From assembly GCA_049890295.1 (NCBI GenBank), contig JBMHBP010000009.1:12569-76568 (forward strand): a DNA stretch of 64,000 bases, read 5' to 3'. The stretch is from Flavobacteriales bacterium (GTDB lineage: Bacteria > Bacteroidota > Bacteroidia > Flavobacteriales > UBA7312). The translations under genes and the position numbers were made by a program. Positions 37,609-45,187 of the stretch are shown piece after piece (position 1 is the first letter of the stretch; every line of letters starts with the position of its first letter). A model generated the notes under the pieces. It was given only the letters and a program-made list of their open reading frames with translations, was not told the DNA's origin and did no database searches.

Positions 37609-37885
37609 CTTTATTACACATAATAGATTGATTTACAGTATATTATATATTTAATCAGATGTTAATTAGATTTATAATCACGCTATAATTTTTAGAATAA
37701 AAAAAATTAATATCTAATGTCTGTCATATTTCTTTAACATGTAATGACTTTTATAGTAATATGGGGAAGAATATTGTCAATAAGTATTTTTATTTTTTTG
37801 TATATTTCAGATAGAGGTAGCCATTTTTTTATAAATTGAACACTTATTTAATAACTAATTAATTTTAAACTTTAAATTTTATATT

Positions 37886-38086
37886 ATGGCATTTTCACAC
37901 ACAAATAGTAAAGGTCAGACTTACTTCTTAAATTCTAAAGACGTTACTTTAAAGTCTACTGGAAGAGTTCAAACAATTTATTTCTTTTCAAAAGACGAGC
38001 GTAGCACTGGTTTAGATGCGGTTCCAGCTGGAAAGACAGTCGTAGAAAACCCAAAAACTGGTCTTCCTTTTCTAAAGAAAGCATAA
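37886..38086 (+). CDS. Small hypothetical protein (66 aa)
   Basis: ATG start, balanced composition (MAFSHTNSKGQTYFLNSKDVTLK...TGLPFLKKA). A strong intrinsic terminator begins 22 nt after the stop. Confidence 0.6.
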   Translation: MAFSHTNSKGQTYFLNSKDVTLKSTGRVQTIYFFSKDERSTGLDAVPAGKTVVENPKTGLPFLKKA

Positions 38087-38107
38087 TTATAACTCAAATA
38101 ACGAGTT

Positions 38108-38138
38108 AAAAAACCCCTTCTTGAGAAGGGGTTTTTTT
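38108..38138 (+). terminator. Rho-independent terminator
   Basis: AAAAAACCCCTTC, loop TTGA, GAAGGGGTTTTTT: a 13-bp stem including a GC core, followed by a T-run. Confidence 0.9.
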
Positions 38139-38177
38139 ATTATATCACTTCAAACCTATTTAATAGGGATAAAAGGT

Positions 38178-38185
38178 TAGCTTTG
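38178..38185 (+). promoter_or_regulatory. Candidate -7 promoter box TAGCTTTG
   Basis: Exact TAnnTTTG match 26 nt upstream of the TTG start of the DEAD-box helicase and downstream of the terminator. Confidence 0.4.
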
Positions 38186-38210
38186 CAAGCATTAACAAAA
38201 GTATATACAC

Positions 38211-39839
38211 TTGAAAAATTTCTCAGATTTAGGCCTATCAAAGTCATTAAATAAAGTTCTTCCAGAATTAGGTTTCGAGAAACCAACTCCAATTCAACTC
38301 CAATCTATTCCTCTACTCTTAAATGAAAAGCAAGATTTTATTGGTCTTGCACAAACTGGAACCGGAAAAACTGCTGCATTTGGTTTACCACTATTGCAGT
38401 GGATAAATTCAAAAAATAAAAGTACACAAGCACTTGTTCTAGCACCTACAAGGGAGTTAGGACAACAGATTGCTCAACAATTAACTACTTTTTCAAAATA
38501 TTTATCTGGGGTTAAAATTCAATCTGTATATGGTGGTGCTTCCATCGTAGTTCAGATGAAGGATATAAAAAAACATAATCCTCAAATTATTATTGCTACA
38601 CCAGGAAGACTTCTAGATTTGATTAGAAGAAAAGTTATTAATTTGAGTACAGTTAAATTTGTGGTACTGGACGAGGCTGATGAAATGCTCAACATGGGAT
38701 TTAAAGAAGATTTAGATCAAATTCTTTCATTTACTGGAGATGAAAAGAATACCTGGTTGTTTTCAGCTACAATGCCAAAGGATATTAGAGCAATTATTAA
38801 AAATTACATGACTAATCCTGTTGAAGCAAAGGTATCAACAGGAAATCAAGTCAACGAAAATATAAAACACCAATATTGTCTCTTAAAATCATCAGAAAAA
38901 TTTGAAGGTCTAAAACGTATTTTAGACTCTGAAGAACAATTTAGGGGAGTTATATTTTGTAGAACACGCTTAAAAACTCAACAACTAGCCGACGAGCTTA
39001 ATAAAAATGGCTATCTATCTGAAGCCTTACATGGTGACTTATCTCAAGCTCAAAGAGATAGGGTAATGAAGCGATTTAAAAGCCACAATCTAAAAGTATT
39101 AATAGCAACTGATGTTGCTGCTCGTGGTATAGATGTAAATGATTTAACCCACGTAATTCATTACGCTTTACCAGATGACCCATCCTATTACACACACAGA
39201 AGTGGGCGAACCGCCAGGGCTGGCAAAAAAGGAGTTTCAATTTCACTTTTAACCAAAAGAGATTTAAGAAAACTTGATATTCTTGAACGTAGCTTAAAAC
39301 TTAAAATTGAAAAAATAAATGTTCCAACTGTAGATAGTATTTTATCAACTAGACTGAATAAATGGGCACAGTCAATTATAGATACGCCAACAAATAAAAA
39401 AATGAGAGGCGAAATCCTTACAAATATCCAAATGCAACTAGGTCAATTGACTTATGAAGAATTAGTAGAAAAGCTCGTAAATAAAGAAATTGAAGCCTTA
39501 AATTATAATAACGCTCCATCAATAAGCAACACACCTTCTACAAGAAAAAAAGAGAATAGAAAATCAGAAAGAACTTCAACAAGAGATAAGAGATCTACAA
39601 AAAAGAGAGTACGTTTTTTCATGAACATCGGTAAAGTTGATGGTGTTAATAAAGGTGATATTCTAGATTTCATAACTGATACCGCAAAAATTAGAAAGTC
39701 TGATATTGGAAATATTGACATTCAAAAAAATTGCAGTTTTATAGAAATTGATAATAGGCATTCAAAATCATTTTCAAATCACTTCAAAGGAATTTTTGTT
39801 GATGGAAGAGAACTAAGAGTAAATAAAGATTCCAAGTAA
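38211..39839 (+). CDS. DEAD-box ATP-dependent RNA helicase with a DbpA-like C-terminal RNA-binding domain
   Basis: Q-motif region FSDLGLS...PTPIQ, AQTGTGKT, VLDEADEML, SAT, HRSGRTARAG. A basic linker precedes the C-terminal RFFMNIGKVDGVNKGDILDFI. TTG start. Confidence 0.9.
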   Translation: MKNFSDLGLSKSLNKVLPELGFEKPTPIQLQSIPLLLNEKQDFIGLAQTGTGKTAAFGLPLLQWINSKNKSTQALVLAPTRELGQQIAQQLTTFSKYLSGVKIQSVYGGASIVVQMKDIKKHNPQIIIATPGRLLDLIRRKVINLSTVKFVVLDEADEMLNMGFKEDLDQILSFTGDEKNTWLFSATMPKDIRAIIKNYMTNPVEAKVSTGNQVNENIKHQYCLLKSSEKFEGLKRILDSEEQFRGVIFCRTRLKTQQLADELNKNGYLSEALHGDLSQAQRDRVMKRFKSHNLKVLIATDVAARGIDVNDLTHVIHYALPDDPSYYTHRSGRTARAGKKGVSISLLTKRDLRKLDILERSLKLKIEKINVPTVDSILSTRLNKWAQSIIDTPTNKKMRGEILTNIQMQLGQLTYEELVEKLVNKEIEALNYNNAPSISNTPSTRKKENRKSERTSTRDKRSTKKRVRFFMNIGKVDGVNKGDILDFITDTAKIRKSDIGNIDIQKNCSFIEIDNRHSKSFSNHFKGIFVDGRELRVNKDSK

Positions 39840-39845
39840 TCATTA

Positions 39846-41717
39846 ATGAATTATTTATCTGTTGATACTATTTCCAAGAGTTATGGAGAAAGAGTACTTT
39901 TTGAATCAATAACATTTGGAATTTCAAAGGGAGATAAAATCGCTCTAATAGCCAATAATGGTAGTGGCAAATCTACTTTACTAAAAATTATTGCATCTAT
40001 AGATAACCCTGATGAAGGTAAGATATCTTTTAAAAAAGGGGTTTCAACCGCTTATTTGCCTCAAGTATCAGATTTTGATGATAACTTATCAATAAGAGAA
40101 GTTATCGACAATACCCCAACAAAAGTTAGACAGCTAATCAAAGAGTATAATTCACATCTTAAACAGATTGAAAAAAATAATAATACTCTCAATAATAATA
40201 TATTAGAAGAGTTAACTAATAAAATGGATAAATACAATGCTTGGGACTATGATAGTAGAATTCAAAAAGTATTGTCCATTTTTAACTTGAATGATACTCA
40301 AAAAAAAATATCAACCTTATCAGGGGGTCAAAAAAAACGCTTATCACTGGCATTACTACTTATTGATGACCCAGAACTATTATTGTTAGACGAACCGACA
40401 AATCATTTGGATATAGAGATGATTGAATGGTTAGAAAAATATCTTCAGCAACAAAGCATTACTCTTTTAATGGTGACTCATGATCGCTACTTTTTAGATA
40501 GAGTATGTAATAGAATACTAGAGCTCGAAGATGGTACTTTATACAACCATAAAGGTAATTATTCTTACTTTTTAGAAAAACGTGCTATTCGCGAATCCAA
40601 TTTTAATACCGAATTATCGAAAGCTGGTAAATTATTAAAAAAAGAACTTGAATGGATAAGACAGTCTCCTAAAGCAAGGACTACTAAATCAAAAGCTAGG
40701 ATTAATAGCTTTAATACTCTTAAGAAGAAAGTTTCTGGCAAGAAAATAAAACAAGAGCTCAAACTAGATGTTAAAATGAGTAGAGTAGGAGGCAAAATAC
40801 TTGAACTTAAAAAAGTATATAAGTCCTATAATAATTTAAAAATTCTTCAAGGGTTTGATTACACATTCAAAAAAGGTGATAGAATAGGAATTATTGGTAA
40901 AAATGGAGTTGGAAAATCAACTTTTTTAAATATTATAACAGGCAATGAAACCGCAGATAGTGGGAAAATAAATATAGGTGAGACAATTGTTTTTGGATAT
41001 TTTTCGCAAAATGGTATTGAAATTAAGGAAGATAAGCGAGTTATAGACTGCTTAAAAGATATAGCTGAAGTAATAGAAATGTCTAATGGCTCTAAAATTA
41101 CAGCTTCTCAACTTTTAACACATTTCATGTTTCCTCCGAACGCACAACATACTTACATTTCGAAATTGAGTGGTGGAGAACAGAGACGACTTTTTTTGCT
41201 AATGACTTTAATGAAAAATCCAAACTTTTTGATTCTGGACGAACCCACAAATGATTTGGATTTAATTACGCTAAATAGACTTGAAGAATTTTTGATAGAC
41301 TTTCAAGGTTGTTTACTGATAGTATCTCATGATAGGTATTTTATGGATAAGCTTACCAATCACTTATTTATATTTAAAGGAGACGGAGTTATAAAAGATG
41401 AATACTCAACTTATTCTGAATTTAGACAAAAACAAATTGAAGAAGAAAAGGAAAATAAATCAACCCATTTAAATACTAAAAACGAATTAAAAAACAATAA
41501 ATCTAATAAAGTCAGCTATAAAGACAAATATGAATATGAACAGCTATCAAAAGAAATTCAATCTTTAGAAAAAGACAAAAAAAATTTAGAGGAGGAACTT
41601 ATAAATCAATCTCTTTCATTCGAAGAAATTCAAGGTATTAGCTTGAAGCTAAATGAAGTGATTACCGAATTAGATTCAAAAACTGACCGATGGATAGAGC
41701 TTGACGAATTATTTTAA
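39846..41717 (+). CDS. ABC-F family ATPase (Uup-like, no transmembrane domain)
   Basis: Two ABC cassettes (NNGSGKST / LSGGQKKR and GKNGVGKST / LSGGEQRR) and a C-terminal coiled-coil. Confidence 0.9.
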   Translation: MNYLSVDTISKSYGERVLFESITFGISKGDKIALIANNGSGKSTLLKIIASIDNPDEGKISFKKGVSTAYLPQVSDFDDNLSIREVIDNTPTKVRQLIKEYNSHLKQIEKNNNTLNNNILEELTNKMDKYNAWDYDSRIQKVLSIFNLNDTQKKISTLSGGQKKRLSLALLLIDDPELLLLDEPTNHLDIEMIEWLEKYLQQQSITLLMVTHDRYFLDRVCNRILELEDGTLYNHKGNYSYFLEKRAIRESNFNTELSKAGKLLKKELEWIRQSPKARTTKSKARINSFNTLKKKVSGKKIKQELKLDVKMSRVGGKILELKKVYKSYNNLKILQGFDYTFKKGDRIGIIGKNGVGKSTFLNIITGNETADSGKINIGETIVFGYFSQNGIEIKEDKRVIDCLKDIAEVIEMSNGSKITASQLLTHFMFPPNAQHTYISKLSGGEQRRLFLLMTLMKNPNFLILDEPTNDLDLITLNRLEEFLIDFQGCLLIVSHDRYFMDKLTNHLFIFKGDGVIKDEYSTYSEFRQKQIEEEKENKSTHLNTKNELKNNKSNKVSYKDKYEYEQLSKEIQSLEKDKKNLEEELINQSLSFEEIQGISLKLNEVITELDSKTDRWIELDELF

Positions 41718-42095
41718 TTAAAATTTTATAGACAAGTTTTTCCGTATACCTCTTGACATATTCTCTGCCTTTAATTTTATTATCATCGCATTTTCTCCAA
41801 TAAAATATGTGTCAACAGTTTTAAACCAAAGTGCTAACCACTTATCAAAATGATAAGTGGTTAAAGGTGTTTTTTTATTTACTAAAATATGCTTCAACAT
41901 AGGGTTACCATTATATTCAGTCCGCCCAAACAATATCATAGACCAAAATTTATACATTTGAGGTAGGTGATGTACCCAATCAACTTTATGTATAACATTA
42001 AAAATATAATTTAAGTCTTCATCCTTACTCACTTCACTGTAAAAGGAGTCTACCAACAATCGAATATCATCTATTGATTTTAATTCTCTTTTCAT
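41718..42095 (-). CDS. Group III truncated haemoglobin (Ctb-like), 125 aa from the ATG at 42095
   Basis: FYSEVSKDEDLNYIF, FWSMILFG, EYNGNPMLKH (putative proximal His), FDKWLALW. The longer listed ORF reaching 42167 would overlap the upstream gene. The ATG at 42095 shares its A with the upstream TAA. Confidence 0.7.
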   Translation of the reverse strand: MKRELKSIDDIRLLVDSFYSEVSKDEDLNYIFNVIHKVDWVHHLPQMYKFWSMILFGRTEYNGNPMLKHILVNKKTPLTTYHFDKWLALWFKTVDTYFIGENAMIIKLKAENMSRGIRKNLSIKF

Positions 42096-42391
42096 TAGAA
42101 AAGTAAAGCAAAAAATATCATTAAAATTGATAGAAAAGTCGAAACTAAAAACAGTAGTATTACCCATTTTATAGGTGATTGTGCTATAGCAGCCGTATTA
42201 GAAGCCATAGCTAAGGAAACAACCAATGCTAATGGATAAAAGAACGAATTCTGATGTTGTTCAAATAAATAATAAACAGCAATTGAGCCTATAGCTGTAC
42301 TTACTGTAATAGTAAACATCATTATTGAAAAGCGATAGAATTCTAATTTTTCCCAAAAAGATGAATCAATAGTTGTTTTGAAAAGTTTCAT
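42095..42391 (-). CDS. Small integral membrane protein (98 aa, 3 predicted TM segments)
   Basis: Three hydrophobic stretches. ATG at 42391, 26 nt downstream of a minus-strand -7 box. TAATG coupling to the globin gene. Confidence 0.55.
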   Translation of the reverse strand: MKLFKTTIDSSFWEKLEFYRFSIMMFTITVSTAIGSIAVYYLFEQHQNSFFYPLALVVSLAMASNTAAIAQSPIKWVILLFLVSTFLSILMIFFALLF

Positions 42392-42399
42392 GGTTTTAA

Positions 42400-42407
42400 T
42401 AATTTTG
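42400..42407 (+). promoter_or_regulatory. Candidate -7 promoter box TAATTTTG for the Crp/Fnr gene
   Basis: Exact TAnnTTTG match 36 nt upstream of the GTG at 42443. It overlaps the left arm of the palindrome. Confidence 0.4.
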
Positions 42408-42420
42408 TATTATATACAAA
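42404..42420. promoter_or_regulatory. Perfect inverted repeat TTTGTAT-N3-ATACAAA (candidate operator)
   Basis: 7-bp arms at 42404-42410 and 42414-42420, within the 51-bp divergent intergenic region between the Crp/Fnr gene and the membrane-protein/globin operon. Confidence 0.5.
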
Positions 42421-42424
42421 GTTA
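42417..42424 (-). promoter_or_regulatory. Candidate -7 promoter box TAACTTTG (minus strand) for the membrane-protein/globin operon
   Basis: The reverse complement of 42417-42424 reads TAACTTTG. It lies 26 nt upstream of the ATG at 42391 and overlaps the right arm of the palindrome. Confidence 0.4.
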
Positions 42425-42442
42425 CTAACTGAGTAATTTTTT

Positions 42443-43078
42443 GTGTATGACTTAAATCATATAAAAAAACTTATTACTGCTTTGATTCCAATAGACATAC
42501 TTACTAAGTATAATGCCGATTTAATCGTTTTAAAGAAAAATGAATTTTTGTTCAATGAAAGTAGTATTCCAAGATTTTATTTCCAGATTCAAGAAGGAGA
42601 GGTAAAAGTATTTAATACAAATAAAGATGGAAAAGAATACATTCATTCTATCTTTTCAAAAGATAGAGGAATAGGAGAGGTGGCATTGCTTGGAGAGTTC
42701 AATTATCCAACAAGTTGTTCCGCAACCAAAAACTCCAAAATTTGGCGATTAGCCAAAAAAGATTTTGTAAAATTACTTAAAACTAATCCTGAAATTCATT
42801 TTGAAATTTCTAAAGCAATTTCAAAAAGAATGTACTTTAAAGCAGTAATTTCTACAGAAATTTCTATTGAAAATCCAGAGCATCGTATTTTAACTCTTAT
42901 AGATTACCTTAAATATACGATATATAATATCGGTAAGCCCTTTGATTATAAAGTTGAATTAAGTCGTCAACAAATTGCTGATTTAATCGGTTTAAGAGTT
43001 GAAACAGTTATTCGAACAATTAAAAAACTTGAAGCTAAAAAGAAAATTAAACTGAAAAACTCCAAAATATACAGGTGA
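42443..43078 (+). CDS. Crp/Fnr family transcriptional regulator
   Basis: N-terminal cNMP-binding-like beta-roll (FYFQIQEGEVKVF...GEVALLGE). C-terminal HTH LSRQQIADLIGLRVETVIRTIKKLE. GTG start. Confidence 0.85.
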   Translation: MYDLNHIKKLITALIPIDILTKYNADLIVLKKNEFLFNESSIPRFYFQIQEGEVKVFNTNKDGKEYIHSIFSKDRGIGEVALLGEFNYPTSCSATKNSKIWRLAKKDFVKLLKTNPEIHFEISKAISKRMYFKAVISTEISIENPEHRILTLIDYLKYTIYNIGKPFDYKVELSRQQIADLIGLRVETVIRTIKKLEAKKKIKLKNSKIYR

Positions 43079-43119
43079 ATAAACTTTAGATATTTATTAC
43101 TAACTAATCTTTAAACAAC

Positions 43120-43941
43120 ATGAAAAAAAATATAATATATATCATTTTTTTTGCCCTAATTCCATCAATTTACTCATGTAAAGTAAATCCATTTACAGGT
43201 AAAAATACCCTAAACATGTATCAATCTAATGACCAATTGTATCCAATGGCATTTCAGGAATACAATAAGTTTTTATCGGAACATAAAGTCATAACTAATA
43301 CTAAAGAAAGTCAACTAATTACCACTGTTGGTAAAAAAATAGCTATTGCTGCAGATAAATGGTTGAAAGCCAACGGCTATCCAAATTATCTGAAAGATTA
43401 TAGATGGGAATATAATCTAGTAGAAGATAAAACAGTAAACGCTTGGTGTATGCCTGGCGGTAAAATTGTATTTTATACAGGAATATTACCTATAACACAA
43501 TCTGAAACTGGTATTGCTGTTGTTATGGGGCATGAAATAGCACACGCCTTAGCCGACCATGGTGCACAACGAATGAGTGCAGGTGCTTTACAACAAGCCG
43601 TCGCAATTGCGGGTAATGTAGCCTTAAGTGAAAATGAAATAAAAAGGCAAAAATTTAACGCTGTGTATGGAATTGGAAGCACATTAGGAGTTATGTTACC
43701 TTTTAGTAGAAGTCACGAAACTGAAGCCGATAAAATAGGCTTAATGATTATGGCTATAGCAGGTTACAATCCAGATGAAGCAGCTAAACTTTGGATGAGA
43801 ATGAAAGCTAATAATTCTACACATACTCCAGAATTTTTAAGTACACATCCATCAAATGATACCAGAATTAAAAATTTAAAATCTTGGGCAGCCGATGCAA
43901 AAACTGAAGCAAGTAAATTTGGAGTTAGTTCATTTAAATAA
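43120..43941 (+). CDS. M48-family zinc metallopeptidase lipoprotein
   Basis: Lipoprotein signal IPSIYSC, HEIAHAL zinc motif, downstream E in SHETEADKIG. Confidence 0.85.
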   Translation: MKKNIIYIIFFALIPSIYSCKVNPFTGKNTLNMYQSNDQLYPMAFQEYNKFLSEHKVITNTKESQLITTVGKKIAIAADKWLKANGYPNYLKDYRWEYNLVEDKTVNAWCMPGGKIVFYTGILPITQSETGIAVVMGHEIAHALADHGAQRMSAGALQQAVAIAGNVALSENEIKRQKFNAVYGIGSTLGVMLPFSRSHETEADKIGLMIMAIAGYNPDEAAKLWMRMKANNSTHTPEFLSTHPSNDTRIKNLKSWAADAKTEASKFGVSSFK

Positions 43942-43992
43942 TATATTGAATGATAATTAATATTATGTTAAATAGCTTTTTTTAAGAAAAAA

Positions 43993-44013
43993 GGGATGTA
44001 AAAATACTATCCC
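43993..44013. terminator. Possible bidirectional terminator hairpin between convergent genes
   Basis: GGGATGTA, loop AAAA, TAC(T)ATCCC: an 8-bp stem with a one-base bulge. An A-run precedes it and a T-rich tract follows. Confidence 0.4.
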
Positions 44014-44023
44014 CTTTCTTGTA

Positions 44024-45187
44024 TTATTTTAATTTTTCAGTTACTTCTTTATATTTAACATCATTACCATTTCGGTAATAGAGTTCTTTAAGTACTAAAA
44101 GTATATTTCTGTCATTACTCTGTAATTCATGACACTTTTCAATATATGGTAATCCCTTTAACATAAAATTATCAGCTTTTTGTTTTGCTACGTCGTATTT
44201 CTTAAAATCTTTAATATTATTAGCTTCATTAAGCATTTCACCACCCTTATTATAATACATAACCCCTAAATTATATAAAGCATCATAAAAATCTGGCTTT
44301 ATATCTATGGCTTCTAAATATGCTTTTTCTGCTTTTTCAAAATCATTCAAATTGTCATAGCTACTTCCTAGTGCAAAAAATAACTGGTGATTATTGGGAT
44401 CTTCTTCAACTGCCAATGTGAGAAGTTCCTCAGCTTTAACAAAATCTTCTTTCGATAAATAATAGTTTAACTCGGCTATTATTAAATTTACGTCAGTTTC
44501 AAAATAATCTCTTCCAGATTTAATAACTTCCATAGCTAACTCATCATTACCCTCCTCTAAATGAATATTTGACATGTAAGAATAAATTTGAGGGTCTTGA
44601 TAATTAATATCAATTAATTTTTGAAGGTAATTTTTAGCATCTTGATTATTTTTTTCAGCATATGAAACATAAAATAAGTTTATCCAAACGCTTTCTTCAG
44701 TGACATTACTTTTACTTAAGTTTTCTTTAGAATATGGAAATAAGTCAAATATTTTATTGAACATGGTCTTGGCTGAAGAATAGTCTTTAGAATTATAAAA
44801 CTCTATACCTTTATTAAACAAGCCGACACCGGCCTTAGTGAGATTAGTTTTTAACTCATCTTTATCAAACCACTTCTTTGCTTTTGGATGATTGTATAGC
44901 GCCAGATAACTTTCTGTACATTTAAGTATAGCCATATCATCCATAGATTTATAATTTTCATTTGAATGAATTTCATAATAAATTTTACCTCTGTAATTAT
45001 ACATCTTAACGTCGTTAGAAGTACTAGAGTTTGAGGCAGCTAGCTCAATATATTCTACTGCTTCATCTATTTTTTCTTTTTCAAGTGCTCTAAATGCGTT
45101 TTGTACATTACTTTTTTGTGCAAATGCAGTAGCAAAGCAAAAAATGCTATATACTAATATGCTAAATCTAAATAATCTAAGTTTCAT
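44024..45187 (-). CDS. Tetratricopeptide-repeat protein (secreted)
   Basis: Signal peptide and several TPR-like 34-aa units (e.g. AEKAYLEAIDIKPDFYDALYNLGVMYY). The start abuts the M16 peptidase stop. Confidence 0.75.
   Translation of the reverse strand: MKLRLFRFSILVYSIFCFATAFAQKSNVQNAFRALEKEKIDEAVEYIELAASNSSTSNDVKMYNYRGKIYYEIHSNENYKSMDDMAILKCTESYLALYNHPKAKKWFDKDELKTNLTKAGVGLFNKGIEFYNSKDYSSAKTMFNKIFDLFPYSKENLSKSNVTEESVWINLFYVSYAEKNNQDAKNYLQKLIDINYQDPQIYSYMSNIHLEEGNDELAMEVIKSGRDYFETDVNLIIAELNYYLSKEDFVKAEELLTLAVEEDPNNHQLFFALGSSYDNLNDFEKAEKAYLEAIDIKPDFYDALYNLGVMYYNKGGEMLNEANNIKDFKKYDVAKQKADNFMLKGLPYIEKCHELQSNDRNILLVLKELYYRNGNDVKYKEVTEKLK

Noticed and set aside
37435-37727. A shared 8-mer GTCTGTCA (37436-37443 and 37719-37726) and the duplicated ATAAATTGA in the AT-rich spacer, as possible repeat elements
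   Set aside because: Single repeats of 8-9 nt within about 475 bp are expected by chance. No extended similarity surrounds them.
37744-37839. A 31-codon hydrophobic sORF (MTFIVIWGRILSISIFIFLYISDRGSHFFIN) in the AT-rich spacer, as a possible type I toxin-like peptide
   Set aside because: An open stretch of this length after one of many ATGs in six frames is plausible by chance in such sequence. T-rich DNA translates into Phe/Ile/Leu-rich peptides automatically. No promoter box, antisense partner or terminator was seen. It is only worth revisiting if ribosome profiling shows translation.
37411-37885. The AT-rich spacer as a chromosomal replication origin (oriC)
   Set aside because: I found no DnaA-box-like 9-mers (TTATCCACA or its complement TGTGGATAA). 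The closest, TTATTACACA, fits poorly. No dnaA or dnaN is nearby. Gene orientation across the whole window does not switch consistently here: genes from 5 to 24795 are mostly on the plus strand to the left, and many minus-strand genes lie to the right.
41718-42167. The longer 149-aa version of the globin ORF, starting at 42167
   Set aside because: The extra 24 residues (MGNTTVFSFDFSINFNDIFCFTFL) would overlap the 3' end of the upstream membrane-protein ORF by 73 nt and have no globin-like character. The internal ATG at 42095 forms a TAATG coupling junction and gives a typical truncated-globin length.
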